Positions 46,087 through 55,252 of a stretch of 64,000 nt of DNA are shown piece by piece. Location of the stretch: IMG/VR virus record IMGVR_UViG_3300002038_000006, positions 154,100 through 218,099 of that record. The stretch is one strand, 5' to 3'. Positions within the stretch are counted from its first letter, which is position 1, and each line of letters opens with the position of its first letter. Below the pieces are notes generated by a model. That model was given only the letters and a program-made list of their open reading frames with translations. It had not been told where the DNA came from and made no database searches. The position numbers and the translations under genes are program-made. Origin of the DNA: a virus.

Positions 46087-46436
46087 TATCCGATATCAGC
46101 ATACTCTAGTTCAGAGCGACTGATTTGGTAACGTAGTTTATTTCCGCGTGCATTGCGTAGCCCATGATTGCGTAACATTTGAAACCAGTCTCTGTGATTG
46201 GATTCACCTTCCAGCGTTACAACAAGTGCAATAGAACCTAAGTGCTTTGCAATGTTGAATACCTGACCGAAGTAATGCTGGAATCGCATAAAGAATTCAT
46301 CGACTCTAGTGATACGTATAGTAATAACACCTGCTACGTCACCATCTACGATAAACCCTTCTTGGGCAGATTCTTCTTTAAGTGCACCGTTCTCAATTAG
46401 TTGAGATTGTAATTGTGTATTCTCTGGCATATTCAT
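46086..46436 (-). CDS. Hypothetical protein
   Basis: Member of a small-gene array. Confidence 0.6.
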   Translation of the reverse strand: MNMPENTQLQSQLIENGALKEESAQEGFIVDGDVAGVITIRITRVDEFFMRFQHYFGQVFNIAKHLGSIALVVTLEGESNHRDWFQMLRNHGLRNARGNKLRYQISRSELEYADIG

Positions 46437-46441
46437 ATACT

Positions 46442-46729
46442 CTAGTTATTGTAGTCAGCGTCGTTTAATTCAGAAAGGATAGTGTCGATAGTATCTACCA
46501 ACTCGATATCGCAATCGCTAGCTTTCCACAAGCGATACTTAATGTGTGTTTCCGAATAACCCTTATTTTCAAACTCTGCGTACAGTAATGGATAAAGTAA
46601 CTTAGTAGCCGAACATACAGACACATCAAAATGCGATGCATCCGCTTTCGTGATATTAGTTGTTTCCATACAGTGACCTGTAACGAATTGTTCTATAACT
46701 GGATTTAACGCTGTATTTTCTAATGACAT
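46442..46729 (-). CDS. Hypothetical protein
   Basis: Member of a small-gene array; RBS present. Confidence 0.6.
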   Translation of the reverse strand: MSLENTALNPVIEQFVTGHCMETTNITKADASHFDVSVCSATKLLYPLLYAEFENKGYSETHIKYRLWKASDCDIELVDTIDTILSELNDADYNN

Positions 46730-46767
46730 ATTTTCTCACCCTTTTATTGGAGATTGTTATTGTTTTA

Positions 46768-47118
46768 TTAAACTGCTAATTTAGCAACGTTCTTCTTGTA
46801 ACTCCACACAGGAGTCTTTAGAATAGGCATGTCCGCTGTGGTAATACCTTGGTCTTCTTTGATAGCCTTAACTACCTTTAATACAGAAAGTTTCTTGTCG
46901 GTACAGTTAAAGTCACCAACAATCATTTCTCTTTCATCTGGGATTATTACTAAGTCATCAATGTCTTCATGTGAGACCGTACGGCCTTCCTCAAGTATTG
47001 TGTATAAGTAATAATGAATATCTTCGTTGTCGTCTACCGACATACGTTGTTCTATATATACTTTAGGAGCTGTCTTCTTGCCCTTAAGGTATTCATTGAT
47101 ACAATCGTTGCTATACAT
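46768..47118 (-). CDS. Hypothetical protein
   Basis: AAGGA RBS. Confidence 0.65.
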   Translation of the reverse strand: MYSNDCINEYLKGKKTAPKVYIEQRMSVDDNEDIHYYLYTILEEGRTVSHEDIDDLVIIPDEREMIVGDFNCTDKKLSVLKVVKAIKEDQGITTADMPILKTPVWSYKKNVAKLAV

Positions 47119-47175
47119 TTTCTTGTCCTTTCATTTAAGAGAATGTCGGGGTAGCGTTAACTACCCCTAATCGTT

Positions 47176-47291
47176 TTACTTCCAGATATCGGAACTGATA
47201 TTCTGGGGCGTCGTATTCCACTCAGTAGCTACGTGGGCATAAAGCTTAGTATCGACGTCTTCAGCGCTATTTTCTTTTTTGTATTATCCAT
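47176..47291 (-). CDS. Unannotated small ORF with A-AAA-AAG slippery site (20 aa, or 38 aa after a -1 shift)
   Basis: Perfect AGGAGG RBS; ATG GAT AAT ACA AAA AAG; the -1 frame is open to a TAA just before a hairpin. Confidence 0.45.
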
Positions 47292-47307
47292 TTTATCCGC
47301 CTCCTAA

Positions 47308-47628
47308 TTAGGCACGTAGATTATCTACCATTTCCGCAAGTGCATATTTGGTAATACCAAGTGCTTCCGCATTACCTTGGTATTCGATTGGTACGATACC
47401 GTCAGTATCTAGTGCCAATAGCGTTTTAGTTTTCATTACTTTAGAAATACCACTTACTACGGTATCAGTAACAGCTTCAACTACTTTGATTTCAATGTAG
47501 CCACCTTCAATGTTTACGTTACAGTATTTAAACTTAGTGCTCTTGCGTACAAGGTCACGTATTGCTAAGTTAAATTGTTGTAAAGTATTTAGGGGTTTGT
47601 CTTCTGATGTACAGTTATATGTTGTCAT
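47308..47628 (-). CDS. Hypothetical protein
   Basis: AAGGA RBS within a duplicated leader. Confidence 0.7.
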   Translation of the reverse strand: MTTYNCTSEDKPLNTLQQFNLAIRDLVRKSTKFKYCNVNIEGGYIEIKVVEAVTDTVVSGISKVMKTKTLLALDTDGIVPIEYQGNAEALGITKYALAEMVDNLRA

Positions 47629-48130
47629 GATTCTCTTCCTTTTATTTAGAGATAGTTTAATTTGTATTCTTACTTGACCGTAGACAGGATTTGTTTACGG
47701 CCCATTGGCGATAATTCCCATACCTTTTCTAGACCATCTAGAATTTTGACATATACTTCATTAGGAGCTAAACCCTCAAGGTTCAACCCACTGGCAACTC
47801 TACCTACTTCAATGTTCATTACTTCTTTAGACATTTCAATAAAGTTAGCTATACCAGTTGCTGTTCTATAGCCTGATAATGTACTATGGTATTCCCAGTC
47901 ACCGTTAGACTTAACCTTTAAAGATAAGTCACGTAGTACTGCATCTGGCGTAGCCTCTACTAGTTCTGCAAAAGGTGAAGACAGTCTGGTTAATAGACCA
48001 TCGCTATATGTAGATACGATTATCTTTTCACCATCATGTTCGACATAGTTGAACACTGCTGATACGTCTGCTAGCTGTAGGTTTAATTGTTGTAATTTCT
48101 TCATGATTCTCTTCCTTTTATTTAGAGATA
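47625..48130 (-). repeat. 30-bp direct repeat of leader/RBS (47625-47654 and 48101-48130)
   Basis: TATCTCTAAATAAAAGGAAGAGAATCATGA is identical in front of two adjacent genes. Confidence 0.85.
47670..48104 (-). CDS. Hypothetical protein
   Basis: Same leader as its neighbour; first gene of the array. Confidence 0.7.
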   Translation of the reverse strand: MKKLQQLNLQLADVSAVFNYVEHDGEKIIVSTYSDGLLTRLSSPFAELVEATPDAVLRDLSLKVKSNGDWEYHSTLSGYRTATGIANFIEMSKEVMNIEVGRVASGLNLEGLAPNEVYVKILDGLEKVWELSPMGRKQILSTVK

Positions 48131-48170
48131 ATTAATGCGCTACAGTTGTTTAAGTAGCTACTTCACCAAT

Positions 48171-48178
48171 GTAATATG
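48171..48178 (-). promoter_or_regulatory. Putative early (vRNAP) promoter, CATATTAC
   Basis: Close to the phiKZ early consensus TATATTAC; similar YATATTAY at 44451-44458 and 24579-24586. Confidence 0.4.
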
Positions 48179-48196
48179 TATCTATCGTTTTTTGGA

Positions 48197-48242
48197 AACG
48201 ACATAAATGGGAGTCTTTCGACTCCCATGAATATATGCTGTT
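48197..48242. terminator. Hairpin flanked by the motif on both sides
   Basis: ATGGGAGTC-TTTC-GACTCCCAT; TTATGTCGTT on minus, TATGCTGTT on plus. Confidence 0.7.
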
Positions 48243-49496
48243 TTAGAAGTTCTCTGGTAGTACATGGAACTGTACCATCTTAACTACTGCCATTCCAAAA
48301 CCCTTACCGTCCACATAAGTACCTTGTGTACCATACTGGGTCTTACCTCCTAGCCTAGTATCGAAAGCACTTGCATACGAACCGAACAGTGGTAGGTTAA
48401 ACAAGGTATGTTCATCCCTTGCTATATCGTAGGTACTACGGTCCCTAGTTTTCTTGTAAGATAAAGTTTCGCCATTACCAGTAAATACCATACCAGTTAA
48501 ATCGGTAGGGTATTCGTAGACACCCGGGAGCTTCTTACTAATCAACTGGGTAGATGATTTAGTAATGTCTGGACGATTGAATACTAACAGATATGTAAAC
48601 GGGGACATGATAATGTCTTCCACCCACTCGTTAGATGTAACATCAGCTTCGGAGACCAACTCGCGATTACGAACCTTACTTGCAAATGGAGTTTTACCAG
48701 CAGCTGCAATGGCTCTGTCTAACAATGGAACGTTTCTCCAATTAACACGTAACTGTTGCTTACCGACGATTTCGATTACATCATCTAACAGGTGTAGGTA
48801 TCCGTCGACGACTATACCAAAAACTTTATCGGTAACATCATAACCCATATTGTAACAATTGTTGTCATGGGTCTTAACGCTACCGCCTTCCATACGGTAC
48901 ATTGACATGGTAGGTAAATTCTGAATAGAGAACCCACCTAACTTTTCGAAGGTAACCATACTAAGGTCATGGATGAACTCACCATGTAGTGCATCGTGTC
49001 CGCCCTTAGCGAAGATACCGTTGTCGTTAATAACCAACGGGTTGATTAGTCCATTGACCGATACCAGTACATTACCAACAAACTTAGAGTAGTCGGTATT
49101 GGGACGTGTAAGTCGTATATCATGACCTACTAAGTTACCCTCTGAATCTGGATGGATATAGGCATTCGCCCTTGCTGCACTAAACCCTACGTCGTAACCG
49201 CTATAACAAGAGATACTCTCTAACAGGTCAAAGCTGAATGGGGTACTGGTAGTATCCAAGTTGATGTTGTTATCATTACAGTGCGCAATCCATTCTGTAA
49301 GAGTATATGCAGAGGCATACATTGTCTTGTAGAATGTGGAAGTGATAGGTCTCCAGTTTATAAGTTCCCCATCTTTATCGAGTGTAATGTGGATTTCCTC
49401 ATACGCCGTGAGGACTTCTGATAATTTCATATCGCCTAGATTAACACTAAGCCATTCTCGCTTACTTCTTGCAAACGATGCTGTTATTAGATACAT
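48243..49496 (-). CDS. Putative virion structural protein
   Basis: 417 aa, beta-rich, with a LVSVNGL segment recalled from phiKZ-like structural proteins. Confidence 0.5.
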   Translation of the reverse strand: MYLITASFARSKREWLSVNLGDMKLSEVLTAYEEIHITLDKDGELINWRPITSTFYKTMYASAYTLTEWIAHCNDNNINLDTTSTPFSFDLLESISCYSGYDVGFSAARANAYIHPDSEGNLVGHDIRLTRPNTDYSKFVGNVLVSVNGLINPLVINDNGIFAKGGHDALHGEFIHDLSMVTFEKLGGFSIQNLPTMSMYRMEGGSVKTHDNNCYNMGYDVTDKVFGIVVDGYLHLLDDVIEIVGKQQLRVNWRNVPLLDRAIAAAGKTPFASKVRNRELVSEADVTSNEWVEDIIMSPFTYLLVFNRPDITKSSTQLISKKLPGVYEYPTDLTGMVFTGNGETLSYKKTRDRSTYDIARDEHTLFNLPLFGSYASAFDTRLGGKTQYGTQGTYVDGKGFGMAVVKMVQFHVLPENF

Positions 49497-49597
49497 CTGA
49501 TTTCCCTCAAGGTTTAATAAGTACTAACATAAAAAAACCTCATTTTAGTATTTAATCTGTAAATAAGAGAAATAGTATGTGAATACAGTAAAGGCCT

Positions 49598-51160
49598 TTG
49601 CTGTTTCGATATAGCCGAATTCACTTAAAGGAGTTCATTTTGACTAGTCAATATCAATACCCATACGACCCGACTGGCCTAGAGCCGGATAACGTTGTTA
49701 CGGATTTGCCACATCCGCTTACTCCTGTACAGGGTAAGGGTTACTCATTAATCGTCCCTAAAGCTGGCCCATTCTTTAAGGAAGGATTTAAACTTGTACA
49801 CAAATCAAGTGGTAAAGTACTTACTCCAGACGTGGACTATGTATTTACTCATTTGGTGATGGATTTATCACATGCTCTACAGAAACATATCTATGGCTCT
49901 GTGACAGTTGTTAATCAATCAATCATGGGTGACGTTCTACCTACTTACAACACCATTGGTGGTGAGTATGTGTTAGAAGAAGATAAATTTGCACAGTATG
50001 CCATACACTTGTTAGAAAGTGATGGGGCGTACCCGTGGGATAAGTTAACGGATGTGCCGGGAGAGTTTCCACCTGACGAACATGAAGTTCCGATTGAAAC
50101 TACTGCTGGTTACAACGACCTTATTAAAGCTATCCAAGACATTAGTCTTGGTGGTGACCACATGCACGACATTAACAACATCAGACACTTGGATGATAGA
50201 CTAAGTAATAAGTTAGACAGTAACGGTAGTTATAAGATTCTGACTAGTGCTAATCTACACGTTCAAGGTATCTTTGTTGGTAGTATTCAATGTCGTCTGC
50301 CTAAGGTTAAGACACAGTGTCTTGTCAGGGCAAAAATACAAATTACCGAAGGTAATGATATCAAGACTATTGAAGTCACTGGTGCTGTTAAAGCATACAA
50401 CGACGGCGTAATCCCTGAGAAGTGGACTAACGCTAAAATCACACCTGCTTACGATTGTTGGGACGGTAGTGTATTCATTAGTTACGATAGTGAACATTAT
50501 CCAGTAGTTATACTGGGTAAAGATAAAGAATGGAACGATGCCCACATTTCTATAATCGAATACTTCACGGTTAACCCAGAAGAGATTGAAGGTGAGTTGA
50601 ATCCTTTCAGAGTAAGTATGACCTCTACATTAGCAGGTCTAACATTTACTGATACAGGTGATGAAGGTCTAATCCTAATCCCTGCGGATACTGAAAGTGA
50701 GTTAGCAAACGTAATCAATCGTCGTTATTATGGTGTTATGCCAGACGGTATCTATTACGGGTTCAACATTACTCAAACTGCCGCAGACCAAATACGAGTA
50801 GGTGATGCAGGTAAGCGTAACTCTGCTGTTATATACGAGGGCTCTAAAGCAGCAACCGTTATTATGGACAGAGCAGCACAAACTATCATCCTTACACAAC
50901 AAGGACAGTTCTACATAGTACTAGAGCTTGTTCCATTGGGTCAGGCAGGTGATTATCAACTAGAAGTAGATTTACCAGATAGAGAAGCCCGTATACGTCT
51001 AATTGATACCAATCAGGTAGTAGATGGAATGGTCGTCATTGGTGAAATTAATTGGCCACATGATGAACCCGTGTTGACAACAGCGCACTTGTCTTACAAT
51101 GGGCGAGATAACGCTACTTGGAACTCTGGAACATTTAGTCCAATAACATCTGAAGTTTAG
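49598..51160 (+). CDS. Tail-fibre-related virion protein (phiKZ gp145/146-like N-terminus); probable true start TTG at 49640
   Basis: YPYDPTG..PDN.V...H, IVPKAGPFF and PPDEH motifs; AAGGAG before TTG ACT AGT. Confidence 0.6.
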   Translation: MLFRYSRIHLKEFILTSQYQYPYDPTGLEPDNVVTDLPHPLTPVQGKGYSLIVPKAGPFFKEGFKLVHKSSGKVLTPDVDYVFTHLVMDLSHALQKHIYGSVTVVNQSIMGDVLPTYNTIGGEYVLEEDKFAQYAIHLLESDGAYPWDKLTDVPGEFPPDEHEVPIETTAGYNDLIKAIQDISLGGDHMHDINNIRHLDDRLSNKLDSNGSYKILTSANLHVQGIFVGSIQCRLPKVKTQCLVRAKIQITEGNDIKTIEVTGAVKAYNDGVIPEKWTNAKITPAYDCWDGSVFISYDSEHYPVVILGKDKEWNDAHISIIEYFTVNPEEIEGELNPFRVSMTSTLAGLTFTDTGDEGLILIPADTESELANVINRRYYGVMPDGIYYGFNITQTAADQIRVGDAGKRNSAVIYEGSKAATVIMDRAAQTIILTQQGQFYIVLELVPLGQAGDYQLEVDLPDREARIRLIDTNQVVDGMVVIGEINWPHDEPVLTTAHLSYNGRDNATWNSGTFSPITSEV

Positions 51161-51195
51161 TAGATGTTTTCTTCTAAATTGAGCTAAAGAATATT

Positions 51196-51219
51196 GGATG
51201 GGGTACGCCCCATCCTTTT
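51196..51219 (+). terminator. Intrinsic terminator
   Basis: GGATGGGG-TACG-CCCCATCC-TTTT. Confidence 0.75.
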
Positions 51220-51252
51220 GACTGTCCAGTAGACCAACCATAGGAATAAATT

Positions 51253-52248
51253 ATGGGTCCCAAATTTACAGTACTTACGGGTAAGGAAATCGATAGAAAA
51301 TACGTAACCCCATCCGTAGGTGAATTAGTCATAACGTCTGACTCTAGACGTATTTACGTAGGTGACGGTGAGACACCGGGTGGTTTAAACATCGCCATGA
51401 ATTGTGGTATCTTCGACAGTGAAGAAGATATGTTAGGTAGTACTTCATACCTAGGTGACTTTGGTTTCCGCACTGATGAACAAGTGTTGTATATAGCAGT
51501 AGCTTTACCGGTAACTGAGTTAAGTAGTTGGTTTGCTATATCAGGTGGCGGTATCGATGAAGGGGATATGGAAACCATCAATACCATATTAGCTGATAAG
51601 GCTGATAAGGTACATGCCCACACCAACTACGCCACTAGAGCTGAATTAGCTGAGAAAGCCAATGACGCACATACCCACAGTGACTTAGCTTTAAAGTCTG
51701 AACTTAATCAGAAAGCCGATACTGAACATACCCACACTGGTTACGTATCAAGTGAAGCGTTAGCTGCTTTGGCTGAAGCCATGGCTGTTGGTGATGAAAG
51801 TTCTCTATCACAGGCAAAGTCATATACTGATGAACAGCTAACCCTCAATCCTACGGCGGTTACGAACACAGTGCTATTCTTAACAGAAGAACACTTCACT
51901 GGTAATGTGATACTGAAAGTTGACGACATACAACACACAACGGTAGTAATACCAAATGGGTTGTTGGTTAGTCAGCCGTTGGTTATTACTAGGTTAGGTG
52001 AGGGTGATGTTAGTATAGTAGGTACTGAAACAGTATCAGTAGTGAATGTAGCTAACGGTAATAGTATTGCTGGAAGATATGGATGCGCTACCGTACTACC
52101 GGTAGGGAATGAAATGTATGTCCTTACAGGACCAGTAAGCGAGTTAGCGGTGGAAGAGTATCCAGACTTGGTAAATGGTGAAATCCCGATACCTGAAGGT
52201 CTAGGTACTATAGTGGGTGATGATAGCTCACCAGTGGAAGGAGAATAA
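51253..52248 (+). CDS. Tail fibre protein with MTD/hyaluronidase-type N-terminal domain and HxH repeats
   Basis: GELVITSDSRRIYVGDG.TPGG; three KA...H.H repeats. Confidence 0.65.
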   Translation: MGPKFTVLTGKEIDRKYVTPSVGELVITSDSRRIYVGDGETPGGLNIAMNCGIFDSEEDMLGSTSYLGDFGFRTDEQVLYIAVALPVTELSSWFAISGGGIDEGDMETINTILADKADKVHAHTNYATRAELAEKANDAHTHSDLALKSELNQKADTEHTHTGYVSSEALAALAEAMAVGDESSLSQAKSYTDEQLTLNPTAVTNTVLFLTEEHFTGNVILKVDDIQHTTVVIPNGLLVSQPLVITRLGEGDVSIVGTETVSVVNVANGNSIAGRYGCATVLPVGNEMYVLTGPVSELAVEEYPDLVNGEIPIPEGLGTIVGDDSSPVEGE

Positions 52249-52249
52249 C

Positions 52250-52858
52250 ATGGCACGGTATACAATGATGCCGGATAAAAACCAACCCGGACTTCGGTTG
52301 GTTAGTAATGTAACTCCGAGTGTTCCTCTACAATATAGACCGTCTGCAAATCCAGATGGGTATAAGTTAGCAGAACATCCGATAGTGGTACACGATAGTA
52401 AGGATAGGAAGTGGTACGTTGACCCATACGGCAATGCTCTAAGTTTCTCAGAACAATATGAAACATACGACATGACCATAGAGTGGACAATAGCCTCCAA
52501 CCCTATTCTTGGACCAGTTGAGGAGACGGGAGTCTATCAAGTTGGTAACCTTAGGGTTCTGGCTAAGAAGGGCGTGGGTCTGGTATTACAGACCGTCTCT
52601 GTAGGTACCGATGAGATTATGTACGAAAGAGTACTTATCCCTGACGGTCAAGTGGACACTAGAAAACATTCTAGAGTTAATCTATATTTACGTAACACAC
52701 CGGGCGATAAGAACTTTGATTATCGAGTATCCATATACCCACACAATGGTCACCTAGGTGATGAGTGGTATGATACTGGCTGGTTGAAGGGTACTGGATT
52801 ATTACCAATAGAACGTTGGTTATCTAATATAGAGATACATGGTGGGGCTATCTTATAA
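52250..52858 (+). CDS. Hypothetical fibre-cluster protein (start MARYTM)
   Basis: AAGGAG RBS before the ATG at 52250. Confidence 0.6.
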   Translation: MARYTMMPDKNQPGLRLVSNVTPSVPLQYRPSANPDGYKLAEHPIVVHDSKDRKWYVDPYGNALSFSEQYETYDMTIEWTIASNPILGPVEETGVYQVGNLRVLAKKGVGLVLQTVSVGTDEIMYERVLIPDGQVDTRKHSRVNLYLRNTPGDKNFDYRVSIYPHNGHLGDEWYDTGWLKGTGLLPIERWLSNIEIHGGAIL

Positions 52859-52948
52859 AAGCTGGCTCTTACCAGACCAAGGATGAGACCTTACTATTCT
52901 TGTCACGTAGACGCCGACACTCTAAACGAATAGTATTGGAGTAAGTTT

Positions 52949-53284
52949 ATGTCTTTACCAATTATATTAGTTCAGTTAGCTGGTAACGAAGCTCCAGAAA
53001 TAGATTACGTTCTGGAACTAGCTAAGTCTACAGAACATCTAAGTTTGGGAATTGACCCAGAAGGTACTTGGGAAGATGCGGTTGCCCGTGTATTAATGAT
53101 TGGTCAAATATCTGCACGGTCATCGGGTGAAGCTGGTGCCATCATGACATTTACAAGACCACCTGTGCCTGCAATGGCTCCTGTACCTACAGTAGTAACT
53201 GCCGCCACGGCAACTAACGCGAATGTCTATACGGCTGGCGCTGGCGCGAACGCGCCATTTACCATCACTCGACCAACTACATAG
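52949..53284 (+). CDS. Hypothetical protein with Pro/Ala/Thr-rich tail
   Basis: GGAG RBS. Confidence 0.65.
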   Translation: MSLPIILVQLAGNEAPEIDYVLELAKSTEHLSLGIDPEGTWEDAVARVLMIGQISARSSGEAGAIMTFTRPPVPAMAPVPTVVTAATATNANVYTAGAGANAPFTITRPTT

Positions 53285-53292
53285 GAGGAAAC

Positions 53293-53613
53293 ATGGCTGA
53301 AGAAAGAACTGAGGCTTGGTATGTCCAATCCTTAATAGACAACTTACGTGTACCCCACAACATCACGCCTGAGATGGGATACATGGAGGCCATACAAACC
53401 TTCTATGGATTTGCTTCCATAGTTAAGGATATAGTAGGTATTGTAACATCGCCATCATCGTCAATACCTGCAATCCCTAGCAGGGTAGTGGGAGTTACCG
53501 GTTTAACCGAAGAATGTTCTTTCACTACGAACCACGATGATATTGTACCATCTGTGGTATTACCTGCTTCCAACATACCAGCGATAACATCTAGAATAGT
53601 AAGTATTTCGTAA
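53293..53613 (+). CDS. Hypothetical protein with short internal repeat
   Basis: AGGAGG RBS; SSIPAIPSRVV / SNIPAITSRIV. Confidence 0.65.
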   Translation: MAEERTEAWYVQSLIDNLRVPHNITPEMGYMEAIQTFYGFASIVKDIVGIVTSPSSSIPAIPSRVVGVTGLTEECSFTTNHDDIVPSVVLPASNIPAITSRIVSIS

Positions 53614-53629
53614 ATGAGGATTTTTTAAA

Positions 53630-55240
53630 ATGTCAGTACAACAAATTAATGTTGCGGAGGGTGACGGTATAGTTACCCCGCATCTACAACACTACATTCA
53701 ACGATTATTAAATGTCAGTAACAGCCAACCATTTGGTATCCCGGGACCCAGTACAATGGACCCAATCGTACCACTATCGTTAGCGATGTTCGACTCTCCG
53801 TCAGCAGCCGATGGGGTAGTGACCGAAGATAATATAGGTACCCTAATAGGCTACTATGATTTATATAAACATAGAGCTGATGATGAAACGGACAACCGTG
53901 CCGGTACTCGAATAGAGACATCGTGTAAGGTTGAAACCCTTGAAGACGGTAAGGTTAAATATACGTTAGTGGGTGAGTTTAACTCTACACAAGGTAACGG
54001 TGTAGTTAATAAGCTTAGAGTATTGGGCGGTACAGCAAAGGCCGATGAATTTAAGACTACGGCAGCCGACCGTCTTGAGCTACCATTAAAGAGTTGCTTT
54101 GTTAAAAGTCAACGCTACGGTAAAAAGGCCATAGTTACGTCAACACCAACATATAGGTCTACGGCCTCCGCCATAGCAGGTAGTAATCTATCGGCATCGT
54201 ACGACGACTGGATAGTGTTACCTACCGAGTTTGAATTTGGTAACAATGCGGACACAGAACGACAAATGCGAGTTCTTCACAACCCCGGTTTGAATACGCC
54301 CACAATTAGACGTCCAGAGCATATGGAAATGACCGAGTTTAACTTTACCCATACTCAGGTAGAACCTACACGCACTGGTTGGGGTAATAATAGAACCATT
54401 CTTACGAAGAATTTAGATGTCTATATCTTCACATTGAACGGGTCTATGCAGAATATCGACGTTGCTAGATATCGTTTTGAAGATGGATATGCCATTAGAG
54501 TAGACCTAGTTCTTAATCTACCGGCTGTTATTACACAACAACGTACATTCGGTATCGAGATTGATGAGTCTGATGTTCTACATGTGGTGTTTGCAGATGT
54601 AGCTAAACCATCTACCATCACATACCTTACGTACGACTTAGAAGATATGACTACACCAATATCTTCTATGGATATCCAAGTTACGGACTTTGACTTTACG
54701 GATACTACAATAGCTCAATTTCATAGTGTAGTTTTAGATGAAGATGACGCTAACATTGTTTATTTACTAACCCGTAGTTTCAGAGCAAGTACCTCCACAT
54801 ATACCAGCATTAACCGTGACCAATCTGGTAACTTTACCGGCTTGACCGCCACTAGACTAACCGTGGATGGTTCACTGAACCCGGTATGGTTAGGTATGTG
54901 TACTGTAGGTTATGTCGCTATGGAGGGTACACCCCCCAGAGATACAGGACTTAGTAACTGGATTACTGGTAGTGCCTACGTAGGTGTTCCAGCGCTGGAC
55001 GGTGACCACGAACGAGTTTATGATTCAAGTTACGCCCCAACTATACAACACTACGATAGAAAAAGAAAAATAGTACGCTCAACAACGCTACATACCGGGG
55101 ATACGTTTGTTCACGCTTTTGTACCAGTAAATCATGTCTATCCGGTATTGGCGGAAGTGAACGTTCCGGAATTACTTAAAACCGAAGATTCGCAGTTACG
55201 TGTTGAATTCGAATTAACTTTAGATGGCACAATAGCCTAG
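53630..55240 (+). CDS. Putative receptor-binding/structural protein, paralogue A
   Basis: Shares KYTLVGEF and the C-terminal LA.V.VPE..K..D.Q.RV.FE with the next gene. Confidence 0.6.
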   Translation: MSVQQINVAEGDGIVTPHLQHYIQRLLNVSNSQPFGIPGPSTMDPIVPLSLAMFDSPSAADGVVTEDNIGTLIGYYDLYKHRADDETDNRAGTRIETSCKVETLEDGKVKYTLVGEFNSTQGNGVVNKLRVLGGTAKADEFKTTAADRLELPLKSCFVKSQRYGKKAIVTSTPTYRSTASAIAGSNLSASYDDWIVLPTEFEFGNNADTERQMRVLHNPGLNTPTIRRPEHMEMTEFNFTHTQVEPTRTGWGNNRTILTKNLDVYIFTLNGSMQNIDVARYRFEDGYAIRVDLVLNLPAVITQQRTFGIEIDESDVLHVVFADVAKPSTITYLTYDLEDMTTPISSMDIQVTDFDFTDTTIAQFHSVVLDEDDANIVYLLTRSFRASTSTYTSINRDQSGNFTGLTATRLTVDGSLNPVWLGMCTVGYVAMEGTPPRDTGLSNWITGSAYVGVPALDGDHERVYDSSYAPTIQHYDRKRKIVRSTTLHTGDTFVHAFVPVNHVYPVLAEVNVPELLKTEDSQLRVEFELTLDGTIA

Positions 55241-55252
55241 TAGGGATTAGAA

